Shown piece after piece: positions 48,871 to 60,465 of a stretch of DNA of 64,000 bases. Below the pieces are notes generated by a model that searched no databases, had not been told where the DNA came from, and saw only the letters and a program-made list of their open reading frames with translations. The position numbers and the translations under genes are program-made. Within the stretch, counting starts at the first letter, position 1, and each line of letters starts with the position of its first letter. Source of the stretch: Octopus bimaculoides (Eukaryota); contig NC_068988.1 of the NCBI RefSeq assembly GCF_001194135.2, forward strand, positions 53,212,124 through 53,276,123. Reading direction: 5' to 3'.

Positions 48871-50269
48871 NNNNNNNNNNNNNNNNNNNNNNNNNNNNNN
48901 NNNNNNNNNNNNNNNNNNNNNNNNNNNNNNNNNNNNNNNNNNNNNNNNNNNNNNNNNNNNNNNNNNNNNNNNNNNNNNNNNNNNNNNNNNNNNNNNNNNN
49001 NNNNNNNNNNNNNNNNNNNNNNNNNNNNNNNNNNNNNNNNNNNNNNNNNNNNNNNNNNNNNNNNNNNNNNNNNNNNNNNNNNNNNNNNNNNNNNNNNNNN
49101 NNNNNNNNNNNNNNNNNNNNNNNNNNNNNNNNNNNNNNNNNNNNNNNNNNNNNNNNNNNNNNNNNNNNNNNNNNNNNNNNNNNNNNNNNNNNNNNNNNNN
49201 NNNNNNNNNNNNNNNNNNNNNNNNNNNNNNNNNNNNNNNNNNNNNNNNNNNNNNNNNNNNNNNNNNNNNNNNNNNNNNNNNNNNNNNNNNNNNNNNNNNN
49301 NNNNNNNNNNNNNNNNNNNNNNNNNNNNNNNNNNNNNNNNNNNNNNNNNNNNNNNNNNNNNNNNNNNNNNNNNNNNNNNNNNNNNNNNNNNNNNNNNNNN
49401 NNNNNNNNNNNNNNNNNNNNNNNNNNNNNNNNNNNNNNNNNNNNNNNNNNNNNNNNNNNNNNNNNNNNNNNNNNNNNNNNNNNNNNNNNNNNNNNNNNNN
49501 NNNNNNNNNNNNNNNNNNNNNNAGTACACATGAAAACAAACCCAAAAAAGGCGGCGAGCTGGCAGAAATGTTTAACCGTTGGAAAGAAAATACTTCGTGG
49601 TATTTCTTTCGGGTCTTTACATTCTGAGTTCAAATCACACCGAGGTCTCAACTTTGCCTTTCATCCCTCTAAAGATCAATAAAATAGAATTCCAGTCCGC
49701 AACTAGGATTAATGGTATCGATTGATTCCCCCCCCCCCAACCTTCATTATGCCTAAATCAAAAATCACTGATATCTTAAGGATAACCAGAACTTTGTAGT
49801 TTGAAACAAAATGTCCAAAACAAGTACGACGCATTCCTTTTGTACTGATGCTAAAAATAGGGGTTGTGCGCATGTGCAAATAAATCTAATAGGAATAGCT
49901 TTCGACTTACTTTGTAACCACATGGTTTCGAGTTCGGTCTCATTGCGCATCACATTGGAGAAGTGTCTTCTATTATATCCTCGGGCCGACAAATGTGAGG
50001 TAATTTGGTAGATGGATATTGTGAGGAAGCTCGTCGTATCTATATATGTGTGTGTGTATACATACATATATGGCGGGGAGGTGTATCTTTGTGTTTGTTC
50101 CCCTTCACCACTTGACAACCAGTGTTTACGTCTCATTAATATAGCAGTTCGGTAAAAGAGACTTGTAGAATGAGTACCAGGCTTAAAAGTAAGTATATAT
50201 TAATATATTAATACAGTGCTGAAAAGTGAAGTGAGCAACATTGTACGAATTGGCAGTGAACTCCTCAAG

Positions 50270-51210
50270 AAACACTCTCTTCCTGATGATCCCTTATACA
50301 GGTCCAAAACAGCTGGGCTCTCTTACCTCAGAGAAGACCTGGATGGAAAGCATTCAGCATACAAAATATAAAAAAAAAAGACCATGCATGGGTATGGTGC
50401 CCGGAAGCTTGAAGAAGACAGTACAATTGATACAAAGCGCAGCCTCTCTTGGACACAAGACCACTACATCACATCACACTTTGAGGGCTATTCGTTTGCA
50501 ATCCAGGAACAGGAGATTGCCACAAAGTACCTGGTGAACAAGAGAGACTGACGCTTTTATAATCCCAAGGTGCAACCACATGTATAGGCTATGCCAAGTT
50601 TCTGTGGAAAACATGCATGTGATAAGCAGCTGTCCTAAAATATCGTCACGGTACTACCTCCCTATGCGGCACGATGTTGTTGGTAAAACAATTTACAATG
50701 CCATTCTCAAAAAAGACTGTCCTGAAATATGGAATACATTTATAAACACCAACTCCACCTACTGGTGGAATATTCCCATCAAAATTTCTGTCAAATGTAA
50801 GCATAACAGGTCGGATATTGTTGCTTGGGACAGAGGGGCAAAGGTATGTACCATCATAGAGGTCAGCTGCCCTGTAGATATAAATATCTCTTTGAAAATC
50901 AAAGGAAAAGAGGATATCTATGGACAATCCAGACTATGAATTCATATTCATACCAATAATAATTGGAGCACTAGGTTTTGTTAGTAAATGCTTAAAGGAG
51001 AATCTGGATGAACTGGGATTTTCAGTAGGAGAAATTGACCGGCTAATTCGTACATTACAAGTGCAATCTGTGAGTGGAACAGTAAAAATATCCAAACTTT
51101 ACTCAAGTTCCAAATGTGAATTTGTCTGTGTTAACTACATTCCAAAGATGGAGCCTTGTATCTTCGTTGGAAACCGGCTTCCTCCTCAGTGGAAGATTTA
51201 TAATAATTAA
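50270..51210 (+). mobile_element. degraded RLE-type non-LTR fragment
   Basis: AIQEQEI.T, RLCQ...HVISSC, RHDVVGK, NRSDIV...IIEVSCP, IPIIIGALG; frameshifts. Confidence 0.8.
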
Positions 51211-51830
51211 AAAATAGAAGAGACATACATGCATACACTCACGCACATGTGTGAGGAGGTATCGATGTATGTATACTCGTATATGTCAACAAACCACGTC
51301 GTTTGAGCATCGATAAAATTCTTTCTCATTATTTGTTCATTTCTTAAGTCAATTTTGCACTCCATCTTTCCGGAATTGATAAAAGAATTAATCATGTACT
51401 AGAGTCAATATAATCGTTGGTTCCGTCTCCCCGAATTTTCAGCCTTATATTTTAATCCTTCTTACAACACTTCTCCATTTCTAGGAAAAGGGTTGCTGTT
51501 TTCAAGTGTAAGGTTACTGTTTTTGTTTTAATATTTGTTCGTGTAGGAGCTAGCCGGTTTTCAAACAATGAATATACACATAAATACACTTAACAACTTT
51601 TCCTGCATTATGTGGGACAATCTTCAGCATTCGCTATCACTTTATGCGTTGGTGTATTTCTCCTAAAAATAATTTCCCATATTTTAGCAATTTTATCTTA
51701 CATTTATGATATTCTGTCATGTTTCACTAATCCCTATGCGGAATGCCGCCAGCAGTGTCAATCTTTACTTCGAATTGTGCATTCGGATCATTCCAAAGTA
51801 TGTCAAACATACAAATAAGTAATTAAATAA

Positions 51831-52200
51831 ATAAGTGCACTCAGAGAGCGCGAGCCTCCGCCAAAGCAACATCAACGTCTTCTCGACGATTAGCCATAAA
51901 TTATTTTTAAAATGAGAATATCTGAAATAAACTCGACCGCCCTCACAAACGAGAATACTAAAAATGAACTCAACCGCTCTCAAAACTTAAGTTTAAAAAA
52001 CCGGAAAAATAATCTAGAATCCTTGTCCGGTACCGGATCGTTCCCAAAATCTAATCTGTTCGTGCCAGTCACGAGGCCAAACATCCCGGAAAGTTTCATC
52101 TGAATCCATCCAGCAGTTCATGAGATATCTTGTCCACGGAAAAATAACAAACTAACAAACAAACAAACACAACTGAAAACCGCTAAGGCAGAGGTAGTAA
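51831..52200. mobile_element. family G, second copy
   Basis: co-linear with 44434-44805. Confidence 0.55.
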
Positions 52201-52227
52201 ATAAAATAAAATATTTTGTTATTAGGT

Positions 52228-52610
52228 GAAGGTGGTGGCTGTGTGGTAAGAAGCTTGCTCCCCAACCATATGGTTCCAGGTCCAGTCCCACTGCGTGGCC
52301 CCTTGGGCAAGGTCTTCTACTATAGCCTTGGGCATACCAAATTCTTGTCAGTGGATTTGGTAGACGGAAACTGAAAGAAGCCCGTCGTGCGTGTGTGTTT
52401 ATGTGTGCGTGTCTGTTTGTTCCCTTACCATCACTTGACAACCGATGCTAGTGTGTTTATGTCCCCATAAATTAACGGTTCAGCAAAAGGTTTCGATAAA
52501 ATAAGTACTAGGCTTACAAAGAATAAGTGCTGGGGCCGATTTTCTTTGACTCTTTAAGGCGGTGCTGCAGCAAGGCGGCAGTCACATAGCTGAAACAAGT
52601 AAAAGAATAA
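52228..52610 (+). mobile_element. SINE family B
   Basis: consensus match. Confidence 0.75.
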
Positions 52611-53775
52611 AAGAACTGTTTCACAGAAGGTTCTCTTTTTAATGTATTACCAGTTATGTTGTGATAGAACAATGTGTCTACGCATGTGATATAAGAGAGC
52701 GATATCATTTGGTCTGGGATTTACAACCCATTACTCCCTCCTCCTACCATCACCATATTTTGCCGCTTAATTGCACCTACCCCTTTTTTCTTTTTCTTTG
52801 TTTCCTTGGTGAGGTTGTTATGGGGTTTTTTTTTTATTCGATCAATTGACCTTTTATATTTTTAACGCATTTCCTTTCTTTTCTTCCTGTAAAAATATGT
52901 TGTTCTTACAACTGGCAAATTGCGACAGATGAATCTCCGGCAGTAAAAAATGGAGATAAGTTTTCTCAAAGCCCAAGGTAAAACAAAACTGATGTGAAAT
53001 TCAGTCCAATGTGGACAAAGAAATAGAATTTCATTCGGAATTATTTTCTGTGTAGCAGGAAGGCCTTTTTTTGTAACGAATATTCATTAAACAGACATTA
53101 TGACTCAGGGTAGAAAGGGCACCGTTTGTTGCATCGCCTCGAAGTTGGAACAAAGAAATGCAACACCTGAAGATTCACAGGTTTGTCTGATCGATGAGAA
53201 AATAATACAATGAGATTTATTGTTTGAGAACATGAAAGTTTTGATTTCCCCAAAGGTAGGGTAAAGTTGCAATCTTCAATGTGCAGCTTAACGTTCTTAT
53301 GAGAATCACAGGTCAAATTAGTCCTCTGCAGACAACGATATTACAAAGAAATACACATATCAAAAAATAAGAGTCGCCTGCGAGCAGTACTGGATTAACC
53401 ATTAAGCAAAATAAGCATGTGCTTAGAGCATCAAGCGACCGGTGGTGGGGGGGTTATCACAGAAATAATAAATGGTTTACGGCACAAAAGAAATCACTTT
53501 AAACTTGTTTAAATAATATTTGGGATGCTTTATCTCTACAAAGTTTAGAAGCAGAAGTTTTATGCAAAATTAATTTTGAGGATCTGATCAAAGACTTTGC
53601 AATTAAAAAAGAGAACATTTTTCAAATATAAATAACGTGGAAGTATACAAAAATAAACATTATTTTCCATCTTACTGTTAGTTTTGGATGGAGTTGGTAA
53701 GTCTCAACGTGGCTGTTACTGGCTGTGTCTTGTGGGGTCAGTGGTTAGACTTTAAAAGGTCTGAAACTAAAGTGA

Positions 53776-55435
53776 TTCTTTATTGCCTACCAGAGGTCAA
53801 CACAGAGGAGACAATGCAAAAAATATAGGAACACAAAACGAATGACAGAATTTCGAGAAGTAAATGAAAAAAAAATGAAATGACGTTTTTCGGCCACACC
53901 TCCGAACGACTTTATTTATTCTGTTAGTACAACCTTAATTCGATCCCGTTCTGTCTTTCTGTAAAATGTCAATATTGTAAACATTTCGGAACTCAAGATA
54001 GTCTATATGACTTGGTACCTCACTGGTGTCCATTGTTTTCTCCCAGTATTCAAAGTCTTCTTTGTATTTATTTTAGGCATTTGTTCCTGGGATACCAGCA
54101 AGTAATTATACCGCCATGGTATCCCAGTAGACGTTGCCGTATTCACTGTAATTATCTTGTCTTCCCAAGATGCTATTATGTTGCAGAGTTCTGTATTTGT
54201 ATCGTCCCATATTACTACGAATTTACTTTTCTCACAGGCCAGGGGAGGGGAAGTTTTGGGGTTCTTGTGTATGTGCGTTTTTCTCTGTGTCGGAGGAGAG
54301 TGGGGAGGGTTGGCATCTGTCGGGGGAGGATGAGGCAAAGTGGGTGTGGGTATGTGTTGGGTAAGCGTGGGGTGAAGGTCTACATCCACTTTGTGTATTT
54401 TTCCTCTTTTTTCTTTCCAACCGTTTCCCATTCATTCCCTTCTTTATTTGCTTCTTCTTCCGTTACTTTTGTTGGCGTTGGTGGTGCGACTTCCTCCCTG
54501 CTCACGAGTCTTTCTTGGGGCTTTTGGGGCGACGAAGGACAGTGCGCTCATATGTGGCCTTTAAGGCCACACTTGTAGCAACGCGGTGTCCCGCCCGCCA
54601 CTCTGACCCTGGTTATTACGTCCTCTATAGCGATGGTTTCTATTAAATTTTCAATATCTTCGGGGACCCCTGGATATTCATATCCAGGGTTTTCCCTTGA
54701 CCAGGAGGACCACTATCTTCTCTTCATTGCCAAGCAGTATGACAGCTACGTCAATTTCTGGCGGTATATCTTCTACCCTAACCCTGGAAGCACGTCTCCC
54801 AAGGTATATGGGTAGAAGTACCACTTCTGTTTTTAAAGGGGTTGCCGAGTGTAAACTGGCAGCAGCTACCTCTCGGAAACGCACCTCTACCGTTCCGTAC
54901 TTCCTTCCTCAAGCAAGGTACGAGATTTCATGCTAGATTAGTTTCAAAGCCCTTTCAACTTGTGTAGTTGTCATTATCTCAATCTTCTTTGTTTCCGTGG
55001 AGTATGTTCTATATAATATCGTTTTCTCTTTAGTGTCTTTCATAATTTCTTGGGGAGGGAACACCTTTGCTTCGTATCCCTCCCTACACAGCATGTTCTT
55101 ATATTTATCCAGCTCTGCCAGATCGACCTCACTATTGTGGCTTTTAGCGACAGCCGCAAAATTCCTTTTCTTCAACTGCTCCTCCTTTATTTCAACCGAC
55201 CTCAATAGCTCCTCCCCAGATGACGTAAGCTCCGAGGAGGTGAGGCTTTCACATTCCATCATTAATACTTGGGCCAACTCCCTTCTTCGAAAGGGGAAAG
55301 CGTCAACAGACTGCCGTAAGGTAGTAGAACAAGTTAAACAAAGTGTTTAAAAAACACGAAGCAATTTTAACAACAAACGAAACAACAAATATAACACTCA
55401 CGTACTTCAATGCTGTGCAGAAAAAGTGAGACTGG
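53776..55435 (-). mobile_element. ORF1-only retroelement (~1.66 kb), pseudogenised
   Basis: KYGTVEVRF, PRCYKCGLKGHI*AHC knuckle, premature stops, no ORF2; ends CCTCTGGTAGGCAATAAAGAA. Confidence 0.7.
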
Positions 55436-55464
55436 AACAAAAGACATCGGGACGAGAAGCTGGG

Positions 55465-55522
55465 TTTTTATAAGGTTAAGAACAGGCTGTCTCACGTGAT
55501 TTTATATAGCGGCTCCGATTGG
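55465..55522 (-). promoter_or_regulatory. TATA + E-box + CCAAT cassette
   Basis: minus-strand TATAAAAA 55465-55472, TCACGTGA 55492-55499, CCAATC 55517-55522. Confidence 0.35.
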
Positions 55523-56794
55523 TTATACGCTGCAAATTGTCGCAGCAGAGTAGAGACAAATTGCGCCAATACCAAAGAAGAAGAGTAGTGAACATAACAG
55601 GGTCCAAATAGCGGCCAAAGGCTAACTGTTACCTGTTATGTTCGAATGCACGTATATATATAAGGGGAGATATGGGTTTCACACGAGCGTACGCTACATA
55701 CCTTTTGTATATAACGGTAATATTTCTTTCAGCATTTCTGATAGTTCCCTCACCCCACCTCCGGTACTTTCATTCGAGTTACTTCAAAGAAATATTTCGT
55801 TGTCTGTGTGTTTTCGTCGTGCGCTAAGAAACAATGCCGATGACTGCGACTGTGTCATCCACGGCGTCGTTGTTACGACTTGTGTTTCACCTCGAGAAAA
55901 CCGTGGTCGAGCTGACAATCATGACTATTCCGTCATTTTCTATTTATATATTTATTTTCCAGACAATGTTTCTCGAACTACATTATTCAATGTAGCCTGC
56001 TTTTTTTTTCCTTTTTTTTAAACACGAGGTTTGTTGAAGATATAACAGCCATCACGAGTGATCGCGTTGTCTCGCTTATCGATACGATGATCGCCAAATC
56101 GGAATCTAAATTCGAAGTCCTACACAGAAAATTCATGTTTTAAATAAATATATTGTTTACTCAGGAACGCTATCCGCGTGAAGCACAACAGTTAAATTCA
56201 TGTCAACATATTTCTACATTAGGTATGTTTATCTTAACTATTGTTTCTCGTGCAAATGGCAGATCCGAGTAAATAACGTTAATAATGTCGCATGAATATT
56301 TAGTCGCTATATCCAATGTCACGATTGGCTAGAATAAGGAAATTCTGACCAATCGGGACACCGCCAAGAGCTGACCTCCTGCAGAGATTCTAGCTTTCGG
56401 AGCTATCTTTCTGAGCCGAGTTTTTGCCATAAATGCACCATATCTCCGGCACCTAGTGCAGTGTGCCAGAGCTAAAAAGCTGTCACACAGAAAGAATGGC
56501 CTAGATGAAGAGATGACCTGTTGACTGCTGATCAATTACTGAATTTCTTTGTCAGTCTCCACAGTCATACGAAAAACGACATCCCAACTTTCCACAATTT
56601 GGCCATTCGTCGTAACGGCATTTTCCTTGTAAGCGAAAATACCTCCTTAACTGAAAATCTCTCAACCAAATATCTGTAAGAACGACCGTACGAACCCAAA
56701 AGGAGAAATGGTGACGAATGGAAAAACAGGGCTCCTTTTATTTAAACGCGTCACACGGTCGAACACAAAAATTATATCAAAGATGATATATATA

Positions 56795-57713
56795 TGTTAT
56801 ACTTCGATAACATAGTGAATTCGTAAATGGCCAGTAATGAAGACGATAGGACACAACCGATAGAGATTGAATAACAGAAATATTTATTGTGACATTAAAA
56901 TCTATGTCCGTGTGTGAGTGTGAATGCGACATAATGAAAGACAGGCCGTCGTATAAAGAAAAGAGTGTGTGTAAGTGATACATGTATGTGTATGCGTGAG
57001 ATACAGCAGATAGAAAAGAGTCAGTAACACATATAAGAATTTGCCAGTTCTTAGAGTACACAATAGTAACAGTCTGTATGTAAGAAGTTGAGGCGTGTGT
57101 GGCACAGCGATCACTCGTCGTGATGTTAGGGCTTCCATGCCGAGCCGGGTTCTGGAATACAGATGTTCGTCGCAGGCTAGGTTCTTGTCTGTTGTCTATC
57201 GTGGTGAAGGTGAATCGCACAAACAGAATCGAAGAGAGAAGTGCCGCGGTTACTGTTTGGTAGCTTGTGTACATGGAAAGTCGTGTTGACGATGTTGGCG
57301 AATCTTGTAGTTCGTAGTGTCGTGTTGACTGGCGGCGGCTAGTAGTAGTCGTAGAGTCGTGTTGCTGATGGCGACGTCGGTGGTAGTTGGACGAAGCTGT
57401 TTCTAAGAGATCTGAACCGAGACGAATTTGCCGGGTATAATTTGGTCTATTTAAAGCAAAATAGGGGCTCCAGAGAGCATCTGAAAAACACCATCACGTG
57501 ACCTTATTAAGGGCTGTGATTGGTCAGTTTGCGTTCTGGCGGGAACGGTACGAAGCAGTTGCCGCTTCAAATAATAATTAGTCATGTGATGACAAGGAAA
57601 GATGTTTTCTACTACGCCCGCGCTTGTTTATATATAATAGTGAGAAGATGGTTTGTTTGTATATAATGGCGATAGTAGTTTTGTATATAATGGCGATAGG
57701 TAGTTTCACTACA
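56795..57713 (-). mobile_element. probable solo LTR (Gypsy-like)
   Basis: Minus strand TGTAGTG...TATAACA; flanks TATA/TATC; CCAAT, E-box and TATA-like motifs in the 5' part; AATAAA at 56883-56888; tandem 25-bp repeat near the 5' end. Confidence 0.5.
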
Positions 57714-59860
57714 TATCTATCATTACCCAATTTTCGTTACAGTAAATAACTTCTTTTAATAATCTAATTTTTCACGCTCACTCACGCACAATATTGTACG
57801 TCTACTTAGAGATTCTCCCATAATTTCAGGCAATACGGTGGAATCGAATCTTCATTGAGGAGGTCTAACAAAACTGAAATATGTCTGGAGCCTTGTTTTT
57901 TCCCCAGCCAGTAGTTCACAATTTGCTTTTTCAACCTAGCGCTCCTTCTCACTGAATGACGTTACAAATATGATCTTAATAAAACAGAAACGAATTTTGC
58001 ACAACAGTTTTATTATCCATATTTTCTTTCGCTATCCCATCTACCATGTACCTCCTTTTAGATATTCGTACGAACTAGTGCCTTTTAAATTACATTTTTA
58101 TGGAAATTACTAAAAGCGAAGTGTCATATATTGGACTTTGGTATATCATCAGATATGTTTCTCCTCGCTGATAACTTACTGTCTGGCTCGTATTCGAATC
58201 TTGAAAGCAATTTTGTGAAAAAGTGTTTAAAATATAATAAATATTGTCGGGATTTTATTTTATTTCAGAGAAAAATCATTCTACGTCTCCCTCGTGAACT
58301 CACGACACTTCCAAGGGGATATTACTCTCTAAGCTGTGTGTGTACGCTTGCACACAAGAAATTAAAGTGTGCACAGAAGTTTAGTTGCCTAAAATAAAGT
58401 CGTAATTAATAATTATACATATGCAATCAATGCACATAATTTTATCATAGGTAAGATTTTACATATAAGAATGTTGCCCACACAAGTTACAGAAGAAAAA
58501 AAGTAACCGGAGAGAGCGTTGACTTGTTATGTACTGTACTTGCGGAAATAATTAAAAATCAATCATCGTGCTAATTAATGTTGACGTTCACTCATCACAG
58601 AAATATTTCAAATCACCGTGTCGGACGACTTATAAAGCACACTATCTTAGGATCTTTCGGATCTTTCTGAATTGACGGGCACCACTTTTCATTTATGTTT
58701 TATGTAGTGCTTTTGGTACCGAAACACTTTCAAACTTCGTATACTTGTATATTTTGTGTTATAGAACAGATAAAAATTTTTGTATTCGAACTTATTTCAT
58801 GTAAAAAAATTGTCGTATTTCGGTAATTTCAACCAGTCACTGATGTCTATTGAATTATAATATTTATATCAGTTTTTGTATGGTCTTTCTTGAACCCCCA
58901 CTCGCCACTATTTCAAACCCTAAACTTGTGTTTATAACATGCATGCTGAATTTCAGAGATTGTTCTTTTTGTTTAATGCACCATATTAAGTTGTCAAATA
59001 CGGTAACCTTTTTTTACGCATTCTACATAAAATATGTTCTCATTAACTCAACTTGGTGAAATAAATACCAGAGACGGTTTGCCCCAAGTTGAAAATGCAG
59101 GAGCAACATAAAAAGCACTACCAGCACGTTCTCTTGATAGTAAACAAACCATTCGCATCGTAGGAAACACTTCTGTATCTTCAGCAGGTATTTCAAAATC
59201 ACAAGCGTTTCGCCCGTAGTTTAACGAAATGCTTTGTCTGGAACAGCAAGGACCAGATTAGCCTTCTCATACAAAGCGGTTCTGTTTGCAGTTTCTTGCC
59301 AACCATAACTACTTTGAAGCAGGAGGCAAGATTTCTGCCCGTCCCCCACAAAAAAAACCACCCTTAAAAATTTTTTAAGGTTTTAGGGTTAGTGTTGGGG
59401 AAAAAAGTCAAAATTGAAGAAGTTGGGGGGTGGGGCAGAAATTTCACAACGCCGGTTTTTGGCAATTTTCTGGAACCTCCGTATCCGAAAAAGGGGATTT
59501 NNNNNNNNNNNNNNNNNNNNNNNNNNNNNNNNNNNNNNNNNNNNNNNNNNNNNNNNNNNNNNNNNNNNNNNNNNNNNNNNNNNNNNNNNNNNNNNNNNNN
59601 NNNNNNNNNNNNNNNNNNNNNNNNNNNNNNNNNNNNNNNNNNNNNNNNNNNNNNNNNNNNNNNNGAACTTAAGGAATTGGTTGATGAAGTCAGCGTGGAT
59701 CAGTTCCACTAAACTTCGCTTGGTGCTCTACTGTCTTTTAACAAAATCATATCATTCCCAATGCTCCACTTTATCTGGATAGGAATAGTCTCAGCCGAAA
59801 CTAAAAATCAAAAATATTCTAGCTGTAGTTAACCATTTTTTATTTCTTGTTCCGGGTATC

Positions 59861-60122
59861 GTGGAGGCACAGTGGTTAGGTCAGTGGACTCGTGGTCATA
59901 GGATCACGGTTTCGATTCCCATATTGGGCATTGTGAGTGTTTATTGAGCGAAAACACCTAAAGCTCCTCGAGGCCAGCCGTGTGTCACGCTGAATCTCTC
60001 TGAGAACAACGTTAGGGATACACATGTGTGTGGAGTGCTCAGTCACTTGCACGTTACTTTCACGAGCAGGCTGTTCCGTTGATCGGATCAACTGGAACCC
60101 TACTCGTCGTAACCGACGGAGT
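59861..60122 (+). mobile_element. SINE family E, internally deleted
   Basis: head and tail match; middle missing. Confidence 0.75.
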
Positions 60123-60412
60123 GTAACAATTGTATTATCTAATGTGTCCATCTGTTTTTCTCCTTTTGCTTCAGTCAAGAGTGTGTAATTTGAGGTTAAC
60201 CAGGCAGCTATTTCTAGCAGGTTGACACCGCAAAGAGGTTACCTCGTCTGTTTGGGTCATAAATAGATAGTATGGCATAGTGCAGTCAATCAGCAGCCAC
60301 AGCATCTCATATTACGTAGTGGTGGTGGTTGTGTCGAAGGTGGTGGTGATAGTGGTTGTGAATTGGTAATTAGGGTACATGCACCCCTCTTGTGCTCCAT
60401 ACACCCCTCTCT

Positions 60413-60418
60413 AGTAGC

Positions 60419-60450
<32 letters not shown>

Positions 60451-60465
60451 CAGTAATAGTAGTAG
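60413..60465. repeat. (TAG)n microsatellite
   Basis: direct reading. Confidence 0.95.

Noticed and set aside
54012-54578. 188-aa plus-strand ORF (also 48019-48561 + and 63698-63976 -)
   Set aside because: Antisense shadows of retroelement coding sequence.
56200-56228. ATG-MSTYFYIR followed by a GTATGT donor
   Set aside because: Only 23 nt with a poor start context; expected by chance.
56777-57274. 165-aa ORF MYTSYQT...
   Set aside because: Low-complexity, runs through CA-rich tracts inside the LTR-like element, and no domain is recognised.
59040-59340. GC-elevated, coding-looking minus-strand segment
   Set aside because: All three frames have stops and no family could be recognised.
59340-59500. 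Odd homopolymer-rich stretch with TTAGGGTTAG
   Set aside because: A single telomere-like unit at a gap edge; looks like low-quality read-end sequence.
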